Shown here in pieces: positions 1-13,540 of a stretch of DNA of 60,000 nt. The position numbers and the translations under genes were made by a program. The DNA is from Laetmonice hystrix. Its lineage: Eukaryota. The stretch covers positions 49,106,001 to 49,166,000 of the forward strand of contig OZ249436.1 in assembly GCA_965235115.1 (NCBI GenBank). Direction: 5' to 3'. The stretch's first letter is position 1. Each line of letters begins with the position of its first letter. The notes beneath the pieces were generated by a model. That model saw only the letters and a list, made by a program, of their open reading frames with translations, searched no databases and was not told the origin of the DNA.

Positions 1-426
1 TCATTAATAGGGCATGTGTTAGGAAATATGCTTCGCATTGTTGCTCACGACATGTGATAACTGATAAAATAGAATTCTGCAACTTTCCATATTTTGAGCT
101 GTCCAACACAGGGTCTATATTGAGGTCAACCACGATATGCTTTCATGCCAGTAAATGGAGGACCTGTAACTGGAAAGGTGAGTTTCGCCTCCAACCTATC
201 TATTTCCGCAGAGTAAATGGGTTGGGATTGGATTCGGCACCGTCGCCATGCCCTCAAGCCTTTGGTGCCATTTGACCTGCAAGAAGTACGTCAGGAAAAG
301 GTGTGCCTCTTGTGTAGGCCATGTACAGATCCTCGCTGGCTCACTGATTTTATATAGCTACCAAACTTCAATATAACAAGATTGCGAGGACATCGCCATT
401 TATGATATCTGGCATCTTCTTGAAAC

Positions 427-817
427 CAGGGGCGCCGGAAGCAAATCATTATTAGGGGGGGGGGCAAGAGAGCTGAAGCGAAAGTCATAGGCTACAACAT
501 GTTTTGGTAAAGCTGGGTCGGAGGCCCTCCCCGAGAGAATTTTGTTTGACACACCCTAAAACGCTTTTCTACACCATTTTGAGGTAGGACTTTTTATGTT
601 TTGAAGGCGTGAATGAATAGATTACAATGTATCATTAGGAAAATCGACCCAGTCTTTGACGCACCCAAGTCATGGTTTCCACAGGCCTACTGTATGTGGA
701 AAAACCTGGCTTTTTTTCATTCATGATCACAGAATATTGGGGGGGGGGGCGATGCCCCCCCCCCAACCAGATTATTGAGGGGGCGGTCGCCCCCCCCCCC
801 CGCTCCTGGCGCCTATG
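427..817. mobile_element. hAT-like MITE with 8-bp TSD
   Basis: Imperfect TIRs CAGGGGCGCCGGAAGC / GCTCCTGGCGCCTATG, flanked by a perfect direct repeat CTTGAAAC (419-426 and 818-825). Confidence 0.85.
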
Positions 818-1110
818 CTTGAAACCCTACAGTGTATCACAGTGTTTTCCCCACTGTGAGACGTCGATCATGATAGACAGGGAACTATTTTTATGTTTCA
901 TTGTATGCTAAAGTACCATGATACCTTGAGATTCATGAGCTATACTTGTGCCGACCCGAAGTTGAAGCTTGCCTAATTACTAATTACCTTAATGGCTTTT
1001 AATGAGAGGGAAATGTGTCTGGCCGTGACGTCACAGGTCTAAGCGAAACAACATGAACGTTAATATTATAAGTGAAAAAAAACAAAAAAACTGAGACGAC
1101 CTAGGGCCAA

Positions 1111-3524
1111 ATAGGGTTACAGGGATGGGGAGGTGTAAAGGTAGGGTTACAGCGAGGGGAGGTGTCAAGGTAGGGTTACAGGGAGGGGAGGTGTCAAGTT
1201 AGGGTTACAGGGATGGGAAGGTGTCAAGGTAGGGCTACAGGGATGGGGAGGTGTCAAGTTAGGGTTACAGGGATGGGAAGGTGTAAAGGTAGGGTTACAG
1301 CGAGGGGAGGTGTCACGTTAGGGTTACAGGGATGGGAAGGTGTAAAGGTAGGGTTACAGCGAGGGGAGGTGTCAAGTTAGGGTTACAGCGAGTGGAGGTG
1401 TCAAGGTAGGGTTACAGGGAGGGGAGGTGTCAAGGTAGGTTTACAGGGAGGGGAGGTGTCAAGTTAGGGTTACAGGGAGGGGAGGTGTCAAGTTAGGGTT
1501 ACAGGGAGGGGAGGTGTCAAGGTAGGGTTACAGGGAGGGGAGGTGTCAAGGTAGGGTTACAGCGAGGGGAGGTGTCAAGGTAGGGTTACGGGGAGGGGAG
1601 GTGTCAAGGTAGGGTTACAGGGAGGGGAGGTGTCAGGTTATATTACAGGGATGGGGAGGGTTACAGCAAGGGGAGGTGTCAAGGTAGGGTTACAGCGAGG
1701 GGAGGTGTCAAGGTAGGGTTACAGGGAGGGGAGGTGTCAAGGTAGGTTTACAGGGAGGGGAGGTGTCAAGTTAGGGTTACAGGGAGGGGAGGTGTCAGGT
1801 TATGTTACAGGGATGGGGAGGGTTACAGCGAGGGGAGGTGTCAAGGTAGGGTTACAGCGAGGGGAGGTGTCAAGGTAGGGTTACAGGAATGGGGAGGTGT
1901 CAAGTTAGAGTTACAGTGATAAAGAGGTGTCAAGTTAGAGTTACAGTGATAAAGAGGTGTCAAGTTAGGGTTACAGGGAGGGGAGGTGTCACGTTAGGGT
2001 TACAGGGATGGGAAGGTGTAAAGGTAGGGTTACAGCGAGGGGAGGTGTCAAGTTAGGGTTACAGCGAGGGGAGGTGTCAAGGTAGGGTTACATGGAGGGG
2101 GGGTGTCAAGGTAGGCTTACAGGGAGGGGAGGTGTCAAGTTAGGGTTACAGGGAGGGGAGGTGTCAGGTTATGTTACAGGGATGGGGAGGGTTACAGCGA
2201 GGGGAGGTGTCAAGGTAGGGTTACATGGAGGGGGGGTGTCAAGGTAGGCTTACAGGGAGGGGAGGTGTCAAGTTAGGGTTACAGGGAGGGGAGGTGTCAG
2301 GTTATGTTACAGGGATGGGGAGGGTTACAGCGAGGGGGGGGTGTCAAGTTAGGGTTACAGCGAGGGGAGGTGTCAAGGTAGGGTTACAGTGAGGGGAGGT
2401 GTCAAGGTAGGTTTACAGGGAGGGGAGGTGTCAAGTTAGGGTTACAGGTAGGGGAGGTGTCAAGTTAGGGTTACAGGGATGGGGAGGTGTCAAGTTAGAG
2501 TTACAGTGATAAAGAGGTGTCAAGTTAGAGTTACAGTGATAAAGAGGTGTCAAGTTAGGGTTACAGGGAGGGGAGGTGTCACGTTAGGGTTACAGGGATG
2601 GGAAGGTGTAAAGGTAGGGTTACAGCGAGGGGAGGTGTCAAGTTAGGGTTACAGCGAGGGGAGGTGTCAAGGTAGGGTTACAGGGAGGGGAGGTGTCAAG
2701 GTAGGGTTACAGGGATGGGAAGGTGTCAAGGTAGGGCTACAGGGATGGGAAGGTGTCACGTTAGGGTTACAGGGATGGGAAGGTGTAAAGGTAGGGTTAC
2801 AGCGAGGGGAGGTGTCAAGTTAGGGTTACAGCGAGGGGAGGTGTCAAGGTAGGGTTACAGGGAGGGGAGGTGTCAAGTTAGGGTTACAGGGAGGGGAGGT
2901 GTCAAGTTAGGGTTACAGGGAGGGGAGGTGTCAAGGTAGGGTTACAGGGAGGGGAGGTGTCAAGGTAGGGTTACAGGGAGGGGAGGTGTCAAGGTAGGGT
3001 TACAGCGAGGGGAGGTGTCAAGGTAGGGTTACAGGGAGGGGAGGTGTCAGGTTATGTTACAGGGATGGGGAGGGTTACAGCGAGGGGAGGTGTCACGTTA
3101 GGGTTACAGGGATGGGAAGGTGTAAAGGTAGGGTTACAGGGAGGGGAGGTGTCAAGTTAGGGTTACAGCGAGGGGAGGTGTCAAGGTAGGGTTACAGGGA
3201 GGGGAGGTGTCAAGGTAGGTTTACAGGGAGGGGAGGTGTCAAGTTAGGGTTACAGGGAGGGGAGGTGTCAGGTTATGTTACAGGGATGGGGAGGGTTACA
3301 GCGAGGGGAGGTGTCAAGGTAGGCTTACAGGGAGGGGAGGTGTCAAGTTAGGGTTACAGGGATGGGGAGGTGTCAAGTTAGAGTTACAGTGATAAAGAGG
3401 TGTCAAGGTAGGGTAACAGGGAGGGGAGGTGTCAAGTTAGGGTTACAGGGATGGGGAGGTGTCAAGTTAGGGTTACAGGGAGGGGAGGTGTCAAGGTAGG
3501 GTAACAGGGAGGGGAGGTGTCAAG
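1111..3524 (+). repeat. G-rich minisatellite, ~29-30 bp unit, 2.4 kb
   Basis: Tandem variants of (G/T)TAGGGTTACAGGGAGGGGAGGTGTCAAG. Confidence 0.97.
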
Positions 3525-4243
3525 ATCTTTGTTGAGAAAAGAAGCTAGTAACAGCCGGGCGGTGTATGCTGCCATGAGCTCGGGTGGTCACCAGAGTGGT
3601 AACAGGGTGTCGGCTAATAATGTCTAATGAAGGTCGCCTTCATCTTGAAATCTTATCGCGGCCACCTATTTGAGTGAAATGGGTATGGATGGTGAGGTTG
3701 GGCTGGGCGCGTGTGTGGACACAATATGCCGAATGCGGACAGGATCACTGAATTATTAGTAGCCATGCAGTCAAGCTGTCTTCGGTCGCCTTGGCAGGAT
3801 GGTCGTTGCCGCTTTAACGGAGATGTATAGGGAGTCGATTAGAGAAAATCAATTGCAGGAAAGGATGCGGAAGTACTGTGAGATGGAAAGGCCAGGTTTG
3901 GGGGCCGGGGCTGCCTGATGCCAATCACGGGAGCCTATCGTGGAGAGGGTGTGACGCGACGCCATTCCCACCTGGCTGGAATTACAATGCGAGTGACGTG
4001 CGAGGACTGAGAGGAGGACGGAGATGGGGTGGGGTGGGGTGGGTGAGGGGTTGGGGCTGGGAGGGGGTGGGGGGTTGGGGGTTGGACAGCGACACAAGGC
4101 TGATAAAACATCAGACTGATAGACAGAAATCGGAGAGAACATCAAGTAGAAAAGGCACGAAGCCGACACTAGGACATAGATGATAGAGTTTTAATTTGAC
4201 AGAGAAGGGCTGCTGAATATATACGAAAAACGTTGCTCAGTTA

Positions 4244-5088
4244 TGCCCCCATTCCACTTAGGCCGATCGGCCCCGATTGGCCCCGATTAGCCCCGATCCC
4301 CAGATCGGGAGCGATCGGGACACTTTGGCCAAAAAAAGGTCATCTACGCTGTATCCACGTCCTAAGTACGTTTTAAGTACGCTCCGATTACGATCAATAC
4401 GCTGTAACCACGCTCATCGTGGGTAGATCGGTTCCCTGAAGACCCGATCGAAGCCGTTTGGAGCCGCTGTGTTGCCGCTCGTGTACGCTGTAACCACGCT
4501 GCAATTCCGATTGCCGCCGATCGAAAACTGATCCAACGCCGATGGTGCCGATCTGTTGCCGTTTCAACTACGTCATTCCCAACCAAACCGATGTAACTAC
4601 GCTCCATTCCCGTCTTTAACCCGACTAAAAAGCAGATTTCAGGTCGCGATCCATATAAATAGGCCCCGATTGGCTACGATCATCAGTATCTTCGTAGACA
4701 GCCATGGATCAACATGGATCGGCATTGAAGCGGGACCGATCGGTAACGATCGTCGTCGAAACAGGACAACATAATCCTCCCGCTGCAACGACGCTGTCAT
4801 CACGATCAATCCGTTCTAACTACGACCAAGCCGTTCTAAGTACGATCATTCCGATCGGACTACGCTGCATTCACGCTGTATTCACGATCAGTTCAGATCG
4901 TATAGATCGGGACGAAATTTTGAACATGTTCAAAAGTCCGTCCCGATCTATACGATCTCCCCGACCGACCAGGATCGAAGGCGTTCCATTTACGATCACC
5001 CCGATCTGGCCCCGTTCCAAAACCGTTCCAAATACGATCGTTCCCGTTCTCCAGATCGTGGTCGATCGGCCTAAGTGGAATGGGGGTA
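4244..5088. mobile_element. Non-autonomous DNA transposon (MITE), possibly PIF/Harbinger-like
   Basis: TIRs TGCCCCCATTCCACTTAGGCCGATCG / CGATCGGCCTAAGTGGAATGGGGGTA with TTA/TAA flanks; CGAT-rich non-coding interior. Confidence 0.8.
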
Positions 5089-5997
5089 TAAGGTCTCCGT
5101 CCTACGAAGGAAACAATATTTTATTTTTGTTTCAGCTCGCGCCAGTTTCTACCAACGCAGCTCGGCACTTATTCTTTTGTATCGTTGTATCAAATGTAAA
5201 AAAAGAACGTCAAATGCAACAAACTGTTTCTGTAAAACGTAAAAGAAGTTGACGTCAAATGTAAAAACCGAAAGCGAAACGTCATTTGTAAAAAACGATT
5301 GACCTTCTTTTTTTTACCTGGACCTGTTACATTACTGTATTTTGATGTAATTTTTACATGTTGCCGGGGCAACCAGTGTGATATATTATTAGACCCATCT
5401 CTGATGATAGAGATCACTTCCCCTATGCCGGCCCTAAACGGACTACAAATAGGCAAGCAGTATGGGTCTGTATTCTGCAGCATTTACTTCGTTTAAGCGA
5501 ATCGCCAATATTCCGAAGTGACCCCGAATGATGTAGGACATACCTTTCATAGGTTCCGCCAGTGTCATCATGACGGTGCCAGTAAACAAGCTGACCGACA
5601 ACCTGAGCTCGATCAGAGCAAGTCAGTAGGTGGGCCAACCGACGGACGCTGAACAGTCCACTAGCACCGGAAATTGATGGCAAATGGCAGATCAGGAAGA
5701 TAATTCACTATCAGTTCTGACCGGATTTAGTGGCTAGCAAATATATAGGCCTACACGTAAGGTGGCCGTCGCAGACTCAAACCTATAGCTATCAGCAAGG
5801 ATTCATCCACATTTTTCGGCTTGACACCCCAAAGGCCTGAACACATGACACATTGGGAGGCCAGAAATTGTGTTTCTTCGGAGGGTCCACGAGTACTTTT
5901 TAATTCCTTTTCCGGTGTTAGGTCCCTGTTTGAGTGAGGCTGTTTTTATGAGCTTGAGTCTAGGTATTCACAGGGGTTTAAGTATGACGATGTAGCC

Positions 5998-6723
5998 TAA
6001 AATATCGCAAGAGTAGGCCTTATAGTGCTGGTTGATGTCCTGGCAGTAGTAAAATATCGCAAGAGTAGGCCCTATAGTGCTGGTTGACGTCCTGACAGTA
6101 GTAAAATATCGCAAGAGTAGGCCCTATAGTGCTGGTTGACGTCCTGACAGTAGTAAAATATCGCAAGAGTAGGCCCTATAGTGCTGGTTGACGTCCTGAC
6201 AGTAGTAAAATATCGCAAGAGTAGGCCCTATAGTGCTGGTTGACGTCCTGACAGTAGTAAAATATCGCAAGAGTAGGCCCTATAGTGCTGGTTGACGTCC
6301 TGACAGTAGTAAAATATCGCAAGAGTAGGCCCTATAGTGCTGGTTGACGTCCTGACAGTAGTAAAATATCGCAAGAGTAGGCCCTATAGTGCTGGTTGAT
6401 GTCCTGACAGTAGTAAAATATCGCAAGAGTAGGCCCTATAGTGCTGGTTGATGTCCTGACAGTAGTAAAATATCGCAAGAGTAGGCCCTATAGTGCTGGT
6501 TGACGTCCTGACAGTAGTAAAATATCGCAAGAGTAGGCCCTATAGTGCTGGTTGACGTCCTGACAGTAGTAAAATATCGCAAGAGTAGGCCCTATAGTGC
6601 TGGTTGACGTCCTGACAGTAGTAAAATATCGCAAGAGTAGGCCCTATAGTGCTGGTTGACGTCCTGACAGTAGTAAAATATCGCAAGAGTAGGCCCTATA
6701 GTGCTGGTTGACGTCCTGACAGT
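5998..6723 (+). repeat. 52-bp minisatellite, ~14 near-identical copies
   Basis: Unit AGTAAAATATCGCAAGAGTAGGCCCTATAGTGCTGGTTGACGTCCTGACAGT. Confidence 0.97.
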
Positions 6724-7987
6724 CAGCAGTGGTGGCACACGGAGATTGCGTGAACCGGTTAATACGACCGTCGGTTAAATTTCCGGGTCTCTGGATCAGA
6801 CGGCATTTCAAGCGCTCAATGAGGTCGTTTTGACCACTCCAATGAAGTCCAAAGCCCCGACGATTTGAAGTTGAACGCAAGAGCTTCAGTAAAGAGGACA
6901 TCAGTAAGCTCCCAGTTCATGAGGACGATCAATCTTCTCGGAATGCCGCTGTAAGAAACAGCTCATTGATATCTTTTATTTTCATAATTATCATTCTTGC
7001 GCCGTTATGATCACACCTTGTTTTGTTAACTGATGTGGGGAATTCATCAAAGATAATTTTTCCGGCGTTTTGTCTTCGTTATGCGGTTACAACGAGCGCC
7101 ACCGACGCCCGACCACCACCATGAGGCCATTCGGCGCACTAGGCTGATCGTTCGGTCCACTGGGCCAGGAGGTTATAGTGGAAAACCCCACACACTGGCT
7201 TCAACCAACCGCCATGGGAATGGGGCGCTAGCTTTATAATTGCATTTTACCACTGAGGCTTCCGAGGCAATAACAATGATTGGTCAATTTATGCATGGAA
7301 TGATATTCTCCACCTGTTGTGTGCGTGCCCGAGTTTAGGTATGGCTATTTGATGTTTGATGGACTAGAACAAGGCTGGCGGGCGGCCAGGATCATACACA
7401 CACCTGTGTCACACGGTTTAGTGCCAGCTTGTTAAACGTCCCTGTGGTGGGGTAATTGGAAAAGATGATGCCAATGTAGTAATTATTAGCTAAACAGCCT
7501 GGGGTATATTTGAAAAACAACATATGCCTGTAGTTGCAAACATGTCACTTTTTATCAAATATTAAATGGTTTAAGATTGCCAGTCATTGAATGAGTAAAA
7601 TCTGTGAATAAAAACTGAACCCGTGTGAATCCAACGCTTCCTCCCAGAATTGATTACTCGAGTCTACCTGGGTACGACTGGAAACATTTTAAAAATATTT
7701 TTAAATTTATTTTTGTTTTGATGGTACGTACTTGCGCACCTAGAAGGCCTGTCATGTTTGGCGGTAAGGCTGATCTGACTGTAGGTTTCGCGGAGACATA
7801 CCTGTCTTAACCTGTCTTATGAATCAGCTATGGATATAAAGTAGCTATCATCATTATTATATTAAAAACAATCTCATTACTGATATACATTTGATGGGTT
7901 GGTGTTATAGTTCGCAGCATATTCTGTAAATCACAGAGAATAGCGGGTAAGATCATGCATTCTCCGGTATATTTTCCGAGGGGAAGG

Positions 7988-8236
7988 CAGGGCCGGATCC
8001 AGGAACTTTTTCAAGGTGGGGTTGCAGTCGTCAAGTCCGAAATTATTATTATTTTATGAAATATATAACGTATAGGCTACTTATCGCTTTATATTCTAGA
8101 TTCACACTGTGGTTCCTGGGCTGGAGGATGAACATTTGACACCTTTGTTTCCTTTTCTTTTCTTTTTTCTTTCTTTTTTTCGGGGGGATTTCTAAGGGGG
8201 GTTGCAACCCCCACAACCCCCCTGGATCCGGCCCTG
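7988..8236. mobile_element. hAT-like MITE (CAG termini)
   Basis: Perfect 16-bp TIR CAGGGCCGGATCCAGG / CCTGGATCCGGCCCTG, flanked by GGAAGG on both sides. Confidence 0.8.
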
Positions 8237-9667
8237 GGAAGGGAATAGGGGCCAACAATATCTTCAGATAAGGAGTGTTTAGGAATGATATTACACATCT
8301 CATTAACCTAATCTCCTCTTTCTCCACTTTGTCTTTTCACCGTCAAAGGAGTCATAATTCTCCCATTTTCCGTGTGTTCTCCCGCGATCGCCCGTCAACA
8401 GTGTCATTTGTAACGAATGGAAGAATGACCAAGGCCCCTAAGGTAGTGTGTACAGACAACACAGCTGCCCTTCAGAACTCTTCCGGCTGTAATTCTAGTT
8501 CTTGTCACTAGCGGCTGATTTTATTGGCTGCACACATGAAAAGAGGCGTGCTCCCAGCGGCGGGCAAGCTCGCGCCGCTTCCTGATGACTGGCGCCCTCT
8601 GCTGGCGGCCCTGGGGGACGGTTATCACAATGCTGGCGTTCTTTATCTACGACACACAATGGATGTGAAACGACCTTCCATGAATATTATATTATATATT
8701 CCTATAGGTATAATTTCATCATTTTGCAGGATAAAGTTAACCACATTTTGCCAGCAGTTGACTTCTATTTCATTGCGAAAGGGATTTGAATATTAAAATT
8801 AAATATATTAAGTAGAAATTTCTGTATACACAATTATACACAAGCCTGATATTCTGGGTGTGTGCGAAAGCCTTAACCAGCAGTAACCTATTCAAACTTG
8901 TGTACAGTATTTACACAGACTGCGTTGAGAACTCTGCACTAAGAAAACATGCCATTTTACCCTGGTAATCACTAACTCCGACCCCGGTGGCATTCGTCTA
9001 ATTTATAACAACATTGCTCGAAGGTTTCCCAGGAAAGGAAATGCCATTATCCTTGTTTTCTATATTCTCCCTTGTCACAGATAATAATCGTAGAGATGCC
9101 ACCGGTACTTTGCGAGCGGAGCTAGCACGAAGACGGCCCACAATTGATCTGTGTATTGTTGCATTATCCTCATAATGTTTGCATGCGAGGCTTTCAAAAA
9201 AGATAAAGGTTTCTGGTAGACTTATCTTTGGGCCAGCTGTGTCGTTTTCTTTACAACTAGTAATGGCTATTGGCTGAACATGAAGAGTTTCGATTACAGC
9301 CACCATAAATTAAACCAAACAGTATTTCATGTAACTATCTTTTAGTATGCTGATGGCGAATTCAGCCAAATGTTAACACAATCGAAGGTTATTTAAATAT
9401 TGGTCAAGAAAAAATGCGAGCAAGGGTGTCAAAATCCTCGGCTTTCAAAACAATAACATTAAACTGGCCATTGAACATGACAAGAAAAATCTATAAACAA
9501 TCCCAGAACAGGTGCAAAATCTTCCTTTCTTATTTTGTTCGAGAATTCCCCATTTTAACCTTCTGTGTCTTCACTGGCGAAATAACTAGCTTAAGAAAAT
9601 GGACAACCTCCATCTTCGTCGAGGAGATTAGGTTGGCTACGCTGCATTGCAGAGTCCACCACGCCCT

Positions 9668-9880
9668 CTGTGCGTGGCTCATTGTGCTTAGCCTTTCGTG
9701 AGGCATGTGATCGTACGACCTCTCAACCCGGGGTCGTAATCCTGCCGGGTGTGAGAGGATTTGTTATTTACCTGGCATGAATGTCGCTGGTTTTCTCCGG
9801 GTGTTCCGGTATCGTCAAACACGAGCACTGACTGCCTAGATATGGCCCAGGTTGTTGAGAAGGTGTAAACACGCTATCGA
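9668..9880 (+). mobile_element. Probable degenerate tRNA-derived SINE
   Basis: Degenerate A/B-box-like head (GTGGCTCATTGTG...GGGTCGTAATCC) followed by GGTTTTCTCCGGGTGTTCCGGT, resembling a conserved central domain of metazoan SINE superfamilies; boundaries approximate. Confidence 0.45.
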
Positions 9881-10283
9881 AATCCAAGGCAGTGTGAGGA
9901 CCTCTCATATCATCTTGACGGATAATTCCCTCGGGATCTTTAGTTGTTGCTCGGCCACCTCTCTCATCACCAATGCCGTGACAGTTCGTTGTCATCACTA
10001 TTAACTAAGTGACTATTCGGCCTCATTAACGGCCATGTTTATACTAATTATATTAATATTAATATTAATGTGCGATCGCAATAGAACTTTTCACGTGATT
10101 TGTAAGCTGCGGACATTGACTGAGTGCCTAATGGTCACCAAATATTGTTATTTAATATTGTTTAATAGCATGGGCCACACTTACAGAATCATTCAGTTTG
10201 AAAAATAGGGGAAAACAGTCCAAGTGGCCATCGATCTTGTCGGTTGTCACGGGCGACACCGAACCAGGAGTAGATCATCTCAC

Positions 10284-11141
10284 TCATCCACCAAACCCAG
10301 GGTCCGGGCTGTGGACTCCTGGCTGGACTTCTCATGGGTCCACCCAACCCAGGGTCCAGGCTGTTGACTCCTGGCTGGACTTCTCATGGGTCCACCCAAC
10401 CCAGGGTCCGGGCTGTGGACTCGTAGCTGGACCTCTCATGGATCCACCAAACCCAGGGTCCGGGCTGTGGACTCCTGGCTGGACCTCTCATGAATCCACC
10501 AAACCCAGGGTCTGGGCTGTGGACTCCTGGCTGGACCTCTCATGGATCCACCCAACCCAGGGTCCGGGCTGTGGACTCCTGGCTGGACCTCTCATGGATC
10601 CACCCAGCCCAGGGTCCGGGCTGTGAACTCGTAGCTGGACCTCTCATGGGTCCACTCAGCCCAGGGTCCGGGCTGTGGACTCCTGGCTGGACCTCTCATG
10701 GATCCACCCAGCCCAGGGTCCGGGCTGTGGACTCGTAGCTGGACTTCTCATGGGTCCACCCAACCCAGGGTCCGGGCTGTAGACTCCTGGCTGGACTTCT
10801 CATGGGTCCATCCAGCCCAGGGTCCGGGCTGTGGACTCCTGGCTGGACTTCTCATGGGTCCACCCAGCCCAGGGTCCGGGCTGTGGACTCCTGACTGGAC
10901 TTCTCATGGGTCCACCCAACCCAGGGTCCGGGCTGTGGACTCCTGGCTGGACTTCTCATGGGTCCACCCAGCCCAGGGTCCGGGCTGTGGACTCCTGACT
11001 GGACCTCTCATGGTTCCACCCAGTCCAGGGTCTGGGTTGTGGACTCCTGGCTGGACTTCTCATGGTTCCACCCAGCCCAGGGTCCGGGCTGTGGACTCCT
11101 GGCTGGACTTCTAATAGATCCACCCAGGCCAGGGTCCGGGT
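10284..11141 (+). repeat. 52-bp minisatellite, ~16 copies
   Basis: Unit CCAGGGTCCGGGCTGTGGACTCCTGGCTGGACTTCTCATGGGTCCACCCAAC with variants. Confidence 0.97.
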
Positions 11142-12929
11142 TGTCAATATACGACAATTTTAGATTAAAAAACAACTATATCTCCTGGTAGGCCAGGAGA
11201 TATACATCAGATATCAGGTTTAGATAAAACCTTGTGATGACGTGGAAGTTGTGCCTGTTCTCGGCAGCAGAATGCTGGGACACGTTGTCAAGTGAGGGAC
11301 GCCTGGTTGTTGTAATCAGGAGAAGTGCTACTGTCGGTGGTAGATATAGCAGCGCGCAGCATATTACGATATTTTACAATTCTATGCCCCCCCCCCCCCC
11401 CGAGCTGGTAAGGCAAATGAAGGCATACCTGCAGTACAAGTTAAACCATGCAAGCTTTCCTAAAACTGACCTCGCTTTCTGATACAGTTTGCCGGGACAA
11501 TTACCATGGGAAAGTGGTCCGGTAAATAGTATGTGCTCACAGACTACTGCATGTAATATTTCCAGTTGCCATGGCGATTACCGTCATAATGTTTCAGGCG
11601 TCTCAGGTGTTCCACCTTTCCCCGACCCCCCCCCCCCCTCAGTGAGCACAGGCTGTTGACAACCAAATCTGGTCGCCTCGCTGAAGCTAAGTAACTTCTC
11701 TAAGATTTTTCTCGCTGGGGGAGGGTGTTACCTTGTCGGAAGGGCAGCGTTTTGGTATCAGTTGATCAAATAAACTGAATGGACCCCTTGGCGGATATAT
11801 ACAGCCGGGGAGGTGGGGTGAGGGTTGAAGTGGCTGAATTAGTACCCTGTTGGTGGAGAGACACGGTGAGTGGGACTGTACGCGCATGGGAACATGACTG
11901 GTGTCTGAACAGGTAATGCTAACCTAAGGTAGTGTGATGATGCAGGACTGTACAGTGGCATTGCTGACGGTGCGGACAGCGCTGTCACCTGGTGTGTGTG
12001 TGTGGGGGGGGGGGGGGGGGGGGGTTACACATACAAAATAGAATGTGCAGTGATACTCTACTTACGGCATCGTGTTTAGAGAGAATCACCATAGCAGGGG
12101 ATGTGAATTTAGCCCCTTAAAAAAAACATTTTGTTTGAATGCTGGGGTAGTTTGAACGCTGAGGTCAGAGAATCCTGAATTATAAATGAATAAATAATAG
12201 ACTTGTCTCTTGTGGACAGTTAAAAGCGATCGACCATTTTGATACACAGGGAGTTAGATATGGGATGAGTTTTTTTTAATGTGGTAAAGCTTCAGAGCCG
12301 GTCGTTTAAATTGAAACTGTTATTATGGGCTCGGTGCCTGGGACAAATACCTGAAGTAGTCTAATGAAATTAGGCTTCCACGTACCACATGCAATTATAA
12401 TTGAAAGCTAGTAGTGCATGGGTCAATAATGTTGGTGCAGGCAGTTTAAACTAGAAAATAAGTAGTGCATGGCTAGGCGGTTTTTAGCAGGCATTCTCCA
12501 CCGAATGTAAGTAGTATATTAAAAAGGAGGTTTATAGGCAGGAATTATTTCTTGACTTGAAATATACCAGATTTCAGCGAAAGCAGCGAGTACTTTAGAG
12601 GGGGGGGGGGATTAACGGTTATAATACCCAGACATGAGGGGCATTTGATCAGAAGGTGATAATCCATACATATCTTGTCTGAGATGAGGTGCTAGGTCAA
12701 TCCATAGATAGTATGATCTAGGTTATGCATGATCTAGGTTATATGGTCTTTATATAGTTCGAATTAAAAATAATGCGGGACATGTATTTTCTATTTTCTA
12801 CATGGGATTGAGTTCTTTTAATGGGCCTGGGTTATTGCTACTGAGAGAGCCGAAAATGCAGATGGAATTGGTTTCGTTCATCAGTTGAAATGTGGTAGCA
12901 GTTGTAAATATCGTACAAAAATTCTAATC

Positions 12930-13540
12930 CCCCCTCCGTCCGCCCGTACGTCCCTGCGTCTGCGTGGACAACGATATCTCAATAACACGTGGACCATGAC
13001 TCTTCATATTTTAATTAACACAATATCAGGTACCTTCGTGCATGAAGGATTTTTTGGTATCGTTTAAAATGGCCGCTTGGCAGCCATCTTGGATATAAAC
13101 ACATTTGGAGCAATAACTTACACAAAACGATCCAGATTTCTTTCAAATTTGGTGGAAAGAAGGTGCATATGAGGGGCAATGTATATGCCAATATATTCTT
13201 AGATCAGGGCAAATATGGCGACATGGCGGCCATATTAATAGTTATACCCCCCCTCACACACACACACTGTTTTGGCTCATATCTCGAAAACGGTGCAAGA
13301 TAAGGCAATAGTTACTATTATTGACCGATAGGAAGTCATATAGGAAGTTTGGCGCCATTTTCCATGACCTTGAAAGGTCAAGCAAGGTCATGCATATTTT
13401 TAATGGCCTGTACCTCCAACCAGTTGAAGATAACAACATCTAATCTTGCATGAAACATTACATAATCACCAGGGACAGTCTAAGGAGGACACAGGTCAAA
13501 CATATCATTAATAATGGCTGCTTGGTGGCTTTATTGGTAA
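12930..13540 (+). mobile_element. Possible Helentron-associated (HINE/DINE-1-like) fragment
   Basis: GTCC/GTCT-like run followed by ACGATATCTC, AAAATGGC(C/G)GC motifs and TGACCTTGAAAGGTCAAGCAAGGTCA; termini not found. Confidence 0.4.

Noticed and set aside
1111..3524. Telomere or interstitial telomeric array
   Set aside because: TTAGGG occurs only singly within a ~30-bp unit, not as tandem hexamers
5998..6723. CRISPR-like regular arrays (also 10284-11141 and 29855-30476)
   Set aside because: Pure tandem units with no unique spacers, no cas genes, and a spliceosomal-intron context
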